From an uncultured Planctomycetaceae bacterium (lineage in GTDB: Bacteria > Planctomycetota > Planctomycetia > Pirellulales > PALSA-1355): a stretch of 64,000 bases of DNA. A program made the translations under genes and the position numbers. Location: assembly GCA_963785305.1 (NCBI GenBank), contig CAWAUV010000007.1, forward strand, positions 1,504,001-1,568,000, read 5' to 3'. The notes beneath the pieces are model-generated. The model was not told where the DNA came from, did not search any database, and saw only the letters and a program-made list of their open reading frames with translations. Of this stretch, positions 32,793-43,781 are shown one piece after another; the stretch's first letter is position 1, and each line of letters opens with the position of its first letter.

Positions 32793-34010
32793 TCATTGTT
32801 CTATCGCCGCTGTTCTATCGCCGCGCAGCGGGTGGCCCAGCGGGAGCCAGACGCCGTTGTCCTGACTGCTGGCGACCGATTGCTGGATGAAGAACATGCC
32901 TTCCACGCCATCGTTCACATTCGGGTAGATCGTGTTCGTGGCTTCGAACTTCTCGCCCGCGGCTCGCAGCGCCATGTTGTCGTAAGCCGAGCGGTAGATG
33001 TTGGCGAATGCCTCGAAAAACGCCTCGGGATGGCCGCTCGGCAAGCGGCAGGCGGCCTTGCCCGCGGCGTTCATATAGGGCGCGTTCGGATCGCGGGTAT
33101 AGATCGCGTGGGGATGGCCGTTGCGGCGCACGATCATCTGGTTCGGATCTTCTTGCCGCCACTGAAGCGAACCGAGCGTGCCATCGATCTCGATCTGCAC
33201 ATCGTTTTCGCGGCCGTGCGTGATTTGCGAGGCGGTCACCGTGCCCAGGGCGCCATTTTGATAGCGAATCACGGCGTGGCCGTAGTCGTCGAGCTTGCGA
33301 CCGGGCTCGAATGTCTTGAGGTGACAACTGATCGTGTTCGGCAAAAGGCCGGTCATATAGCGGCCGAGATTGTAGGCATGGGTGGCAATATCGCCAAAGC
33401 AGCCAGCGGCGCCGCTCTTGGCCGGGTCGGTTCGCCAAGCGGCTTGTTTTTGATTGTCGGCCTCGAGCCGAGTGCGGAGCCAACCTTGGATATAGGTGGC
33501 GCGAATCGCGTTGATCTCGCCGAGCTCGCCGCCGAGGATCATTTCCCGCGCCTGGCGCACCAGCGGGTAGCCGGTGTAGTTGTGCGACACGGCGAACACG
33601 ACGCCCGAACGATCGACCACCTTGGCCAACTCCTCGGCTTGAGCCAAGTCGAAGGTCATTGGCTTATCGCAGATCACATTGAATCCGGCTTCGACCGCCG
33701 CCTTGGCGATGGCGAAATGGGTGTGGTTCGGAGTGGCCACGGTGACGAAATCGATTCGCTTGTCGGCCGGAAGTTTTTTTTCGCTCGCGAGCATTTCCTC
33801 GACCGAACCGTAGGCTCGCTCGGGCGCAATATCGTAGTCGGCGGCCGAGGCCTTGGCCCGCGCCGGATCGCTCGACAGGGCTCCGGCCACGAGCGCCGCG
33901 CGATTATCGAGCACCGCGGCGGTCGAATGCACGCGACCGATAAACGAACCCTGGCCGCCACCGACCAGCGCCATCCGCAGTTTGCGACCAAGAGAACCAT
34001 TCGTGGGCAT
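32793..34010 (-). CDS. Gfo/Idh/MocA family oxidoreductase
   Basis: LVGGGQGSFIG, VATPNHTH, VICDKP, HNYTGYP, WRTDP, GDIATHA. Confidence 0.94.
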   Translation of the reverse strand: MPTNGSLGRKLRMALVGGGQGSFIGRVHSTAAVLDNRAALVAGALSSDPARAKASAADYDIAPERAYGSVEEMLASEKKLPADKRIDFVTVATPNHTHFAIAKAAVEAGFNVICDKPMTFDLAQAEELAKVVDRSGVVFAVSHNYTGYPLVRQAREMILGGELGEINAIRATYIQGWLRTRLEADNQKQAAWRTDPAKSGAAGCFGDIATHAYNLGRYMTGLLPNTISCHLKTFEPGRKLDDYGHAVIRYQNGALGTVTASQITHGRENDVQIEIDGTLGSLQWRQEDPNQMIVRRNGHPHAIYTRDPNAPYMNAAGKAACRLPSGHPEAFFEAFANIYRSAYDNMALRAAGEKFEATNTIYPNVNDGVEGMFFIQQSVASSQDNGVWLPLGHPLRGDRTAAIEQ

Positions 34011-34140
34011 GGCGACAAGCTCCTCTAAAACGAAATGCGAGAAACGATTCGGGGGTGGAAAATGAACAGGTACAAGCGACCTGGGCCAGCGGCACTATTG
34101 TTATCACCCGCCGCCCTTTCCGCCAGCGGCCCGACAACCC

Positions 34141-34473
34141 GCAAGCCCGAAACGCCAGCGAAGGAAGACCCGACAAGCTCGCAGCGCCAGCGAAGGAAAA
34201 TCCGACAAGCCTGAAGCGCGAGCGAAGGAAGACAAACAAAACTAGCGCCCACAAGCCTGAAACATTGCGAAAGAAGACCCAGAACTTTGAAGTTTCCACC
34301 CGAAAGTACTACAGCCTGCAAGACGCACGAATTTGTCTATAGTGCCGATGGCGGCGCTAGCAAGTCATTGCTATCGGTACCGCAAGAGGTATTTTTCGGT
34401 CATTTTCGTGCCACCGATGGGTGGAAACTTCAAAGTTCTGGAAAGAAGACCTTCGCTGGCGCTTCAGGCTTGT
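34141..34473. repeat. REP cluster 1 (5 copies of ACAAGCCTGAAGCGCCAGCGAAGG)
   Basis: + copies at 34141, 34173, 34205 and 34251 (degenerate); - copy at 34450-34473. Confidence 0.92.
34280..34440. mobile_element. 161-bp MITE with 22-bp perfect terminal inverted repeats and 11-bp target duplication
   Basis: CAGAACTTTGAAGTTTCCACCC ... GGGTGGAAACTTCAAAGTTCTG, flanked by GAAAGAAGACC at 34269-34279 and 34441-34451. Confidence 0.88.
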
Positions 34474-34605
34474 GTCGGCGGGGCTTGGCCGGCGGGGGCT
34501 TGTCTGGCCGGAGCGCTTCGGGTGAAATAGCCATTGCCATCGTCGTCGGGCCGGTCGCTCGCGATCGTCGGGCATATTTCCCTGCTTGAGAGACGCGGTG
34601 TCGGA

Positions 34606-37386
34606 ATGAATGCCGTCGAGATCGAGGAGGCCGTTTCCAAGCTCGCGGAAGCGCCGTTCGACCCGGCGACGTTTCCTTATGCCTTCCTCGAAGCCTTCGG
34701 CAACAAGGAGACCACCCTCCAGCGTCTCCGAAGCGGCGCCTCGAACCCATCCGATCTGCCGGGCGGCGGTGCTCCAGACGCAACAACATCCATCTCATGG
34801 TCTGCTCGGAAGGCGAGGTCCCGGCGACCCTCGCCACGCTGCGGAACAGCCCCGCCACGGCCCGCCACAAGGCCAAATTCATCCTCGCCACCGATGGCAA
34901 AACCTTCGAGGCCGAAAACCTCGTCGACGGCGAAACGGTCGCCTGCGACTATCCCGACTTTCACGACCACTTCGGCTTCTTTCTGCCCTGGCGGGTATCA
35001 CCACCGTCAAGCAAATCCGCGAAAACGCCTTCGACATCAAGGCCACCGGCCGGCTCAACCGGCTCTATATCGAGCTGCTGAAGGAAAACCCCGATTGGGA
35101 CACGGCCGCTCGCCGGCAAGACCTCAACCACTTTTTCGCCCGCTTGATCTTCTGCTTCTTCGCCGAGGATACCGACATCTTCCGCGGCGCCGGCCTCTTC
35201 ACCGCCACGATCGAGCAAATGAGCGCGCGGGATTCGTCGAATACCCACGAGGTGCTCGCCGAACTGTTCCGCGCCATGAACACCAAGATCGCGGACCGGC
35301 AAGCCGCCAAGATTCGCTCCTGGGCCGACCAGTTTCCCGTATGTCAACGGCGGCCTCTTCTCCGGTAGCATGGACGCGCCGCGCTTCAGTCGAATCGCGC
35401 GGTCTTATCTGCTCCACGTCGGCAGCCTCGACTGGACCAAGATCAATCCCGATATCTTCGGCTCCATGATCCAGGCCGTGGCCGACGACGAGGAGCGCGG
35501 CGCCCTGGGCATGCACTACACCAGCGTGCCGAACATTCTCAAGGTGCTCAATCCGCTCTTTCTCGACGACCTGCGCGCCCAGCTCGAAGAGGCGGGTGAC
35601 AACGCCCGCAAGTTGCTGAATCTGCGGCAGCGGATATCGCGCATCCGGGTGTTCGACCCGGCATGCGGTTCGGGCAATTTCCTGGTGATTGCCTATAAGG
35701 AAATGCGGGCGATCGAGGCGGAAATCAACCGCCGCCGCGGCGAGGCGGCGCGTCGTTCCGAGATTCCGCTCACGAATTTCCGCGGGATTGAAATCCGCCA
35801 TTTCTCGGCCGAGATCGCGCGTTTGCGCATTGATCATCGCCGAGTATCAATGCGACGTGCTCTATCGCGGTCAAAAGCTCGCGCTCGTCGCGTTCTTGCC
35901 GCTCGAGGCCGCCAACTGGATCACATGTGGCAACGCCTTGCGCCTCGACTGGCTGAGCATCTGCCCGCCCACGGGAACGGGAGTGAAACTCCGGGCGGAT
36001 GATCTGTTCAGCACGCCGCAGGATCAAACGGAGATCGATTTCGAGAACGTGGGGGGCGAGACGTATATTTGTGGAAATCCGCCGTACAAAGGAAACGCAG
36101 ACCAAACAAAGCAGCAAAAGGATGATATTCGGCAGTGCTTCTCAAATACGAACCTGAATTGGAGATCCCTTGACTACATTTGTGGATGGTTCTGGAAGGC
36201 AATGGGGTTCACGGCGACGACAAAGGCGAAGTTCGCTTTCGTTAGCACAAACTCCATTTGCCAAGGACAAAGCATATCGTATTTTTGGAAACCGCTCCTC
36301 GAATCCGGAGTCAGAATCGACTTCGCAATTACGTCATTTCGTTGGAGGAATTTGGCGACGGAGAATGCGACTGTCACAGTTGTCGTGATTGGATGCTCTC
36401 GACAAAGGGATGGGGAATGCTTCCTTTTTGATGGCAATGTAAGGCACCGGGTCCAGCGGATTAACCCGTATCTCGTGCCCGGTCGAAGCGTCTTTATAGA
36501 ACGGTCGTCCAGCCCGATTTCTTTCATTCCCCAAATGGTTAAGGGCAACTACTACGGATTGTCAGATGGTCTACTCCTCAACGGCGACGAAAGGGTGCAA
36601 CTTTTGGATAGCGGCGTACCGGCCAGCGACTTCAGGACCTTTAAGGGGGGTGCCGAGCTTGTTCGAGGCACTCAAAGATACTGCCTATGGTTTCCTCAAT
36701 CGGAGATTCCCGAAGATATTTGCCATAACCCGCTGATCAAGCATCGAATAGAATCCGTGAGGCAAAGTCGGTTATCATCCCCGGATGCCGCAGCGATCAG
36801 GATGGCTAAGACTCCTCACCAGTTCCGTGAAATGAATGCATCCAAAGAATGGACTATTGCAATACCAAACGTCTCGTCCGAATCAAGACCGTACCTACCT
36901 GTCACACTTGAAAACAGCGATGTGGTTTTTCCAAACACGGCGTTCGCACTCTACGACGTTGGATTGTATTGCCTTGCGATAGCGGTATCTCGGCTTCATC
37001 TTACATGGGTCACAACGGTCTGCGGGAAGCTTGAAACACGGATTCGTTACTCCAACACTCTTGGCTGGAACACCTTTCCGGTGCCCGCGCTCACGGAGCG
37101 GAATAAAACCGACCTGACGCGCTGCGCCGAGGATATCCTGCTGGCCCGCGAGGCGCATTTTCCGGCGACGATCGCCGAGCTTTACGATCCAGAAAAGATG
37201 CCCTCCAACCTGCGCGAGGCCCACGAGCGGAACGACGAAACGCTGGAGCGCATCTACATCGGCCGGCGATTCAAGAACGACACCGAGCGGCTGGAAAAAC
37301 TCTTCGAGCTCTACACTCAAATGACCGCCCGACAGCCCGGGCCGAAACCACCGACCAAGCGCAAACCCAGACGCCCCGCCCCATGA
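34606..37386 (+). CDS. MmeI/YeeA-like N6-adenine DNA methyltransferase with TRD (frameshifts near 34770, 34988, 35342, 35826)
   Basis: RLIFCFFAEDT, VNGGLF, DWTKINPDIFGSMIQ, LGMHYTS, motif I FDPACGSGNFL, motif IV ICGNPPY, FVSTNSICQG, RYSNTLGWNTFP. Confidence 0.92.
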
Positions 37387-37409
37387 GCCCACAAGCGAAT
37401 ATGCCCGTC

Positions 37410-37672
37410 ACAAGCCTGAAAGCGCCAGCGAAGGAACCCCTCACCCCGCGATTCATACAAGCTTGAATCGCAAGCGAAAGATGCCCTTCGCTGGCGCTTC
37501 AGGCTTGTGTGAATCCGAGCGGGATTCCTTCGCTGGCGCTTCAGGCTTGTGTTGGGGGTTCGGGCCTTTGGCGGCGATTCGGCGTTCCGATAGAATACAA
37601 ACGCACAAGCCTGAAGCGCCAGCGAAAGAACCCTTCCCCCCGATTCATACAAGCCTGAAGCGCCAGCGAAGG
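37410..37672. repeat. REP cluster 2 (6 copies)
   Basis: + at 37410 and 37457; - at 37485 and 37527; + at 37605 and 37649. Confidence 0.93.
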
Positions 37673-37707
37673 TGTCCCCCGTGCAACACGAGCCCGGCCA
37701 GCCCCCG

Positions 37708-38232
37708 ATGGACGCGCCCTTGGCGTACTTCCTGACCTGGACGACCTACGGCACATGGTTGCCGGGCGACGAGCGCGGGTGGGTCGAGAAACCTGGCCGC
37801 TTCCGCGCCCCCGACGCGGAACTGCAAACGGCGGCCAAGCGACGCATGATCGAGCCCGCCCTGACGCTCGACGCGGAGCAGCGCCGCATCGTGGAGGACA
37901 CGATTGCCGACCATTGTCGAATTCGCGGTTGGCTTCTTCATGCCGCGAGCGCCCGAACCCAACACGTTCACGTGGTGGTGTCGGCTCCGGAGCGGAAACC
38001 CGACGATGTGATGGATCAGTTCAAGGCTTGGTGCTCGCGGAAGCTCGGGGAGCGAGTGCGGTCGCAACAATCGGCCGGTGAACAACCGCGGCGGAATTGG
38101 TGGACCCAGGGCGGGAGCAAGCGGTGGCTGAACGATGAAGGCGACTTGGAGGCGGCGGTGTTGTATGTGCGCGAAGGGCAAGGCGAAGCCACGCCACGCC
38201 CCACGGCAAGGCGGGAAAGCCCACAAGCCTGA
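37708..38232 (+). CDS. REP-associated tyrosine transposase (RAYT/TnpA-REP, Y1 HUH family)
   Basis: YFLTWTTYGTWLPGD N-terminus, HUH motif HVH, WWTQGGS and catalytic Y in AAVLYVREGQ; flanked on both sides by REPs. Confidence 0.88.
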   Translation: MDAPLAYFLTWTTYGTWLPGDERGWVEKPGRFRAPDAELQTAAKRRMIEPALTLDAEQRRIVEDTIADHCRIRGWLLHAASARTQHVHVVVSAPERKPDDVMDQFKAWCSRKLGERVRSQQSAGEQPRRNWWTQGGSKRWLNDEGDLEAAVLYVREGQGEATPRPTARRESPQA

Positions 38233-38348
38233 AGCGCAAGCGAAGGAAATACGCAAGAGCAACCAAATCCATAAGCTTACAGAGATCCTTCGCCGGCGCT
38301 TCAGGCTTGTGTAAATCCGAGCGGGATTCCTTCGCCGGCGCTTCAGGC
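38223..38348. repeat. REP cluster 3 (3 copies, the last truncated by IS66)
   Basis: + at 38223-38246; - at 38287-38310 and 38329-38348. Confidence 0.92.
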
Positions 38349-39457
38349 GTAACTGTTAAGCCGTGGCGTGGCCTGGGCGCGGGGGGGCGGTGGCGATATT
38401 GGCGGGGATCGCGGGCGAGGGGTTTCCGGGGATGGGTCGCGTGGCGGATGTTTTAACTGCTATTGGTGATCGGCAGCGGCAGGGTCTTGCCTTGCAATTT
38501 AGCGCGCACGACTTCGATTCCATACCTTGCGAAGCTCAAACCGTTTTTCGCGCCGGTCGCGATCACGCTCTTGATTCGGGCGAACGCCGCCGCGCTCCAT
38601 TCGGTCCGATGCGTGCCGCCATCATTCCTCGCCGCCGCCAGGCTTCGGATGTCGCGTTCGGTTCCGTTGTTGTCGGCCGGAACATTCGCATCGTCGAGGA
38701 AGGTGAACAATTCGTCCGAGTGCTTGAACAGCCGCCGCCAGATTCGCAAACATTCGCGATGCCGCACGCGCGTCTCGAGCATCAACGTGTCGAAACGGTT
38801 TTGAATCTCGTGTCGGGCCGCGTTGAAAGCTTTTTTGCCGAGCGACTTGCGCTCGTGGCCCAACCGGATCGCGTCTTGAAACAGCGTGATCAACGGCTGG
38901 ATGAAGGCCCGCACGCTCGCCGCCGGCAACGTCTCGCGCAGCTTGTGCAACTCGCGAAGCAAATGGACCAAGCAGCGCTGTTTGCGGCAGTCGAGTCCGT
39001 TGTAGACCGCATAAAAATCGCTGACCAGCGTGCCCGCGAACGATGTGCCCAACGCTCGCTCGAGCACGGCCCGATTGCGATGACGATCGATCAGGAACAA
39101 TGCCAAGCGCGTGTCTCGAAAACACCAGGCCCACGCGGGCAGTCCGTCGATCCGCCAACCGGTTTCGTCGCCTTGCACGACCGGCGAATTGCGCAAGAGT
39201 TCCCAGAGTTTGTCGACCACCGGCTCGAACAAAGCGCCGCCCCAACGCAAATGGCCGAGCAGTTTTCTTGCGCCGCTGCAAAAACTTTTGGACTTGCTGT
39301 TCGAGTTGCTCGACGCGCTTGCGCAGCGTTCCGTTCTCCGCCTGCAACCGGGCGATTTCCGCTTCCAACTCGGCGATCCGTCGATCTCGATCATCCATGA
39401 TCCAGTCAATGTGACCGAAAACCCAATTTCGGGAAAGAGGAAATGCTTAACAGTTAC
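38349..39457 (-). mobile_element. IS66-family element (single-ORF type), internally deleted
   Basis: 13-bp perfect IRs GTAACTGTTAAGC / GCTTAACAGTTAC; 1109 bp; no matching 8-bp target duplication. Confidence 0.88.
38453..39398 (-). pseudogene. IS66 transposase (TnpC-like), lacking the central zinc-finger region
   Basis: Coiled-coil start MDDRDRRIAELEAE joined out of frame near 39265 to GDETGW, LVSDFYAVY, QRCLVHLLR and DNNGTERDIR. Confidence 0.82.
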
Positions 39458-39770
39458 AATTCGTGAGCTGCGGATCGATCTCGCAGACAGTCAGGTGGAT
39501 GGAGCGCGGCCGTTTCTCGCGGCCGATGATTTCTTCGATCCATGCGGCGGAAAGGCTGCCGACCCCGGCGCCGGGGTCTAGCAGTCGGATGTCGCCGGCG
39601 GCCGGCCGAGCCAGTCCGGCCATCAATCGGGCCAAGGGCGCCGGCGTAAGGAACTGCCCCAACTCGGCGCGTTGCTCGGCAGTGAGAAATCGCCCGGCGT
39701 CGAGTCGGTAGAATTCCGTCCGATCGAGCAAACCAGGATTGGTTTCGGCTATGAAGCCGAGTGCCGTCAT
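39458..39770 (-). pseudogene. 5' fragment of a BsuBI/PstI/Eco57I-type N6-adenine methyltransferase, truncated by IS66
   Basis: LGQFLTP (motif X), LLDPGAGVGSL (motif I) and CEID; the frame runs into the IS66 end after about 104 codons. Confidence 0.85.
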
Positions 39771-39895
39771 CGCAGTTGCCAATTTCGCCTCCGGGCCGTC
39801 AACTTTCTCAATTGCGGCGCGTTAGGTCTTCGGTGCTAGCGCCTCATCAATCCAGTCGTGGTGGGTTTGGCAAAACACCAGCCCGGCTGCGGCGT

Positions 39896-40993
39896 TCACC
39901 CCAGTTTGGCGATGATCGCGTCGGCCATTTCCTTCGTGCCGACGGCGGTGGGGTCGTCGCGGTGGGGCTTCAGGTCGTAGGTCACGTGTTTACCTTCGGC
40001 GATCACGTCGGCCACGGCTTTCTCCAGGCGATCGGCGGCTTTCTGCTCCTTGAGATGAGCAAGCATCAGCATGCCCGAGAGGATCAGGGCGGTGGGGTTC
40101 ACCTTGTTGAGGCCCTTGTATTTGGGAGCGCTGCCGTGGGTGGCCTCGAATACGGCGCCTTGCGGCCCCACATTGGCCCCCGGCGCCACGCCGAGCCCGC
40201 CCACGATGCCGGCCGCCAAGTCGCTCACGATATCGCCATACAAATTCGGCAGCACCAGCACATCGTATTGCTCCGGCTTCTGCACGAGCTGCATGCACAT
40301 ATTGTCGACGATTCGGTCCTCGAATTCGATATCCGTATATTCCTTGGCCACGTTGCGGGCCACTTCCAGGAACAGGCCATCGGTGAACTTCAGGATGTTC
40401 GCCTTGTGAACCGCGGTGACTTTCTTCCGCTTGTGCAAACGGGCCTGGTCGAAGGCGCAGCGCACGATCCGGTCGGTGCCGCTTTCGCTGATCGCCTTGA
40501 TCGTGATGCCGGTTTCGCTCGTGCCGGTTTTGACTTTGCTCGCCTTGCCGTGGGAATTGATGAACTCGATCAGCTCGGCGGTCTCCGGCTTGCCGCGCTC
40601 GAACTCGATGCCGCCGTAGAGGCTTTCGGTGTTCTCGCGCACGATCAAAATATTGACCGGAACCGACTCGAAAAAGCTCCGCACGCCCTTGTACTGCTTG
40701 CAGGGCCGAATGCAGGCATAGAGCCCGAAGGCTTGCCGCAAGTGTACATTGATGCTGCGAAAGCCGGTTCCGACCGGAGTGGTGATGGGGGCTTTGAGGG
40801 CGCACTTGGTGCGGCGGATGCTGTCGAGCACCGCGTCGGGCAACGGGTTGCCGGTGCGGGCCATCACATCGACGCCGGCCTCTTGGACATCCCAGTTGAT
40901 TTTCACTCCGGTGGCGTCGACACAGCGGCGTGCCGCCTCGGCCAGTTCCGGACCCGTGCCGTCTCCGGTGATCAATGTGACTTCATGCGCCAT
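39896..40993 (-). CDS. icd: Isocitrate/isopropylmalate dehydrogenase family enzyme, probably isocitrate dehydrogenase
   Basis: [59 protein letters not shown]. Confidence 0.88.
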   Translation of the reverse strand: MAHEVTLITGDGTGPELAEAARRCVDATGVKINWDVQEAGVDVMARTGNPLPDAVLDSIRRTKCALKAPITTPVGTGFRSINVHLRQAFGLYACIRPCKQYKGVRSFFESVPVNILIVRENTESLYGGIEFERGKPETAELIEFINSHGKASKVKTGTSETGITIKAISESGTDRIVRCAFDQARLHKRKKVTAVHKANILKFTDGLFLEVARNVAKEYTDIEFEDRIVDNMCMQLVQKPEQYDVLVLPNLYGDIVSDLAAGIVGGLGVAPGANVGPQGAVFEATHGSAPKYKGLNKVNPTALILSGMLMLAHLKEQKAADRLEKAVADVIAEGKHVTYDLKPHRDDPTAVGTKEMADAIIAKLG

Positions 40994-41074
40994 GACGAAA
41001 GCGACCTGCGAAAAAAGGAGCGATTTCACACAATTCCAACGTCGGAGTCAGGCTAACAGATGGCCCGGGGAGCG

Positions 41075-42570
41075 TCAACGCGCCGCGGTTTCGGGCGGTT
41101 TTTCCGCCGCCTCGTCCGATTCGCCGCCGGCAAAGGCGCCGAGCGCGGGCGGCGTGAGGCCGAGCCAGTCGCGCAGTCGCGGAAGCTTGCGAAGCGCGAA
41201 TCGCTCCACCGTGAGCACCATGAGCAGCGACACTCCAAACAGTGGCAGATAGACGCCCAGCACCGCTATAATCGCAAACAGCAAAAGCGACCCGCGCATG
41301 GAGCCCAGCGGTCGCGGCGCTCCCAAGGCCCCTGGGTCGCGCCGGCGGAGCCACATCACCATGCCGCTGGCGGAAACCACGATCAGCCCCATGGCGGTCA
41401 TGAGTCCCAGCAACTGATTCGGCCAGCCAAAAAGCTGCCCCTCATGCGCCGCGATGCCGATGCCCACGATGCGATCGACGAGCGGGCGATCCTTGAAATC
41501 CTCGCGACTCACAATCGCCCCGCTCTCCGGATCGACCGTCAGATTCACCCGCAAGGGACGATTGGCCGTGAGCGACTTCACGGTCCAATGCGATGAATTT
41601 CCATTGGCGCTTTTCCGCGGAACGATTTTCCACCCGGCGACGCGATCACTACCGGCGGAGGCAATTCGAGCGGGGCCACCACGGCGACGATGCGATCGAC
41701 TGCCCGGAGTTCGACATCGGCCAGTTGCCGTCCGGCGTTGCCCGCGGGCCTATCCGTGCCGCCGTGTTCACCGTGGCGGGAATGTTCGCTCGCGCTGTCG
41801 CGAGCCGGGCGCGATCGATCGCCGCCGATGGTCCAATCCTGCTCCCCGCTCGCGGCGCCGGCGAGCGCTCTCGCGGCCTTGAGATAGTTTCCCCAGCCTT
41901 TGGCCCAGGGCAGGCCGCTCGTGAGCAGCAACAGCGCCAGCAGCGAAATCCATACCCCGGTCACGGCATGCAGATCGCGCCAAAAGACGCGCGACCCGAC
42001 GCCGAGCCGCGGATAGACGATTCCGCCCAGTCCGCGTGTCTGGCGCGGCCACCAAAGATAGAGCCCGGTGAGAATCATCACGATCGTCCACGAGGCCGCC
42101 AGCTCGACGAGCAACGAGCCGCGATCGCCCATCAGCAGCTCACCATGCGCGCGAAAGACCCGGCGCATGAGCCGATTCCGCTCGGCCACGGCGCCCAGCG
42201 GCTGGCAGGTTTTCGGGTGGATATACACACGAAACGTTTCGCCGTCGCGCTTGACGAGCACGCGTGCCGCGGCGTCGGGCGATTGCGGCAGTTCATAGCC
42301 GGCGAATGTCGCCCCGGGCTGGTCGGCGAGGGCAGCGCGAATCTGCTCGGCCGCGGTCGCCGACGAGCCCACGACCTCCAAATGATCGTAAGGACGCTCG
42401 ATCCACGCTTCGATCTCGTGTTTGAACAAGTAGATCGCCCCGCTCACCGCCAGCACGATTACAAACGGAGTGCAAAACAAACTGGCGTAGAAATGCCACC
42501 GCCGCACCGCGCGGTAACTCGACGCGCGGCGGAGCGAGGCCGGATCGCTGAAACGATGGAGTTGCGCCAC
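41075..42570 (-). CDS. PepSY-associated TM helix (PepSY_TM) membrane protein (frameshift near 41630)
   Basis: RRWHFYASL, AHGELLMG, TGLYLWWPR, RDLHAVTG, SGLPWA, AHEGQLFGWPNQ; His-rich loop EHSRHGEH. Confidence 0.92.
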
Positions 42571-42710
42571 GAAAAATCCCCGCTGCTGGATCAGATAAAT
42601 GGATGATTGATGGATGGCGCGATCCGATGAAACAAAGGTCGCTTGCGCCGCGGCCCGCCGTTCGGCGAGGCCGGCCTCGAGCGACGACGCGCCCCGCGAG
42701 CGCGTCGCGA

Positions 42711-43781
42711 TTAAAAATCGGAGCCGATCACTTCGTTGCCGTTGCGGCTATGCAAGGCTCGCTGGAGCGTGGCGTCGAGATCGTCGCCCAAGAGACGAGC
42801 CGAGCCATCGCCCATCAGCGCATTGGCGCCGGGGCCATGCCAACTGCGCGGCCCGAAGAACCCGCTGAAGTGCGTCACCAGATCGGGGATCGGGCTGTTG
42901 GGCGTGGTGTAGCCGTTGGTGAGCGTACACATGGCGCCCTCGGTGGCCCAGCTTGTGCCGCGGCCGCGGAGGGCGGTGCTTCCCGCGCCGCGCCAACCGG
43001 TAAGCTGCGGCCAAACCGGCGCGAGGTCGGGGTTTTCGATCATGCCGTTCGCGTCGACGATCGCTTGGGGCCAGGGCGCTCCGGTCCAGGTGATGCCCGG
43101 TCCATTGCCCGGCGTGAGCCCGGTCGAGCCGTTGAGCGTGTATTGATACGGAAACGACGGCGCGCTGCCGACGTTCATGGTCATGTCGGCGCCCACGCTG
43201 CGAATCGACTCGCTCATGAACACGGTGTTCGAGAGTCCATCGGTCACGCTCCGGGCTTGCACGGCGGAGCTGTAATACGTGATTCCATCTGTCGGAAACC
43301 GCACGTCGTAGTTCAAGTTCGTGCCGCTGCCCATGCTGATCATGTAATTGTTGCCTCCATACATATAGCCATAGGTCGTCTCGGCGCTGACAGCCGGCGC
43401 CGAATCGCTCGGGCAGAGCATCGCGGGAATCACGGTGGCAAACGCGTTTACGAACAGCGGATTCGGAACCTGGCGCTATAGCTTCCGCTAAACGCCGGTT
43501 GGGTGAAATCGAGCGCGTTCCGCAAATTGGCATCCTCCATGAAGGGCAGCAGCCGCGCTTGGGGGGAAAATCCATTGGGCGGATCGGTGGGTGGATAATA
43601 CTTGCGGGCATTTTCGAAGTTGAGCAGCGCGAGCCCCACTTGTTTGATGTTGTTGAGGCACTGAGCCCGACGGCCCGCCTCGCGCGGCTTGCACCGCCGG
43701 CAAGAGCAGGGCGACGAGCACTCCGATGATGGCGATGACCACCAACAGCTCGACGAGCGTGAAACCATGAGTTCGTTTCAT
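42711..43781 (-). CDS. DUF1559 protein with prepilin-type N-terminal cleavage site and H-X9-DG C-terminal motif (frameshifts near 43683 and 43468)
   Basis: [86 protein letters not shown]. Confidence 0.93.

Noticed and set aside
34606..35830. Four frameshifts in the MTase as phase variation or inactivation
   Set aside because: Not at long homopolymers or SSRs and cannot be separated from background assembly error; real decay is not excluded.
34141..38348. 24-bp repeats as a CRISPR array
   Set aside because: Mixed orientations, spacers from 4 to about 55 bp with some duplicated, no cas genes, and an adjacent RAYT: these are REPs.
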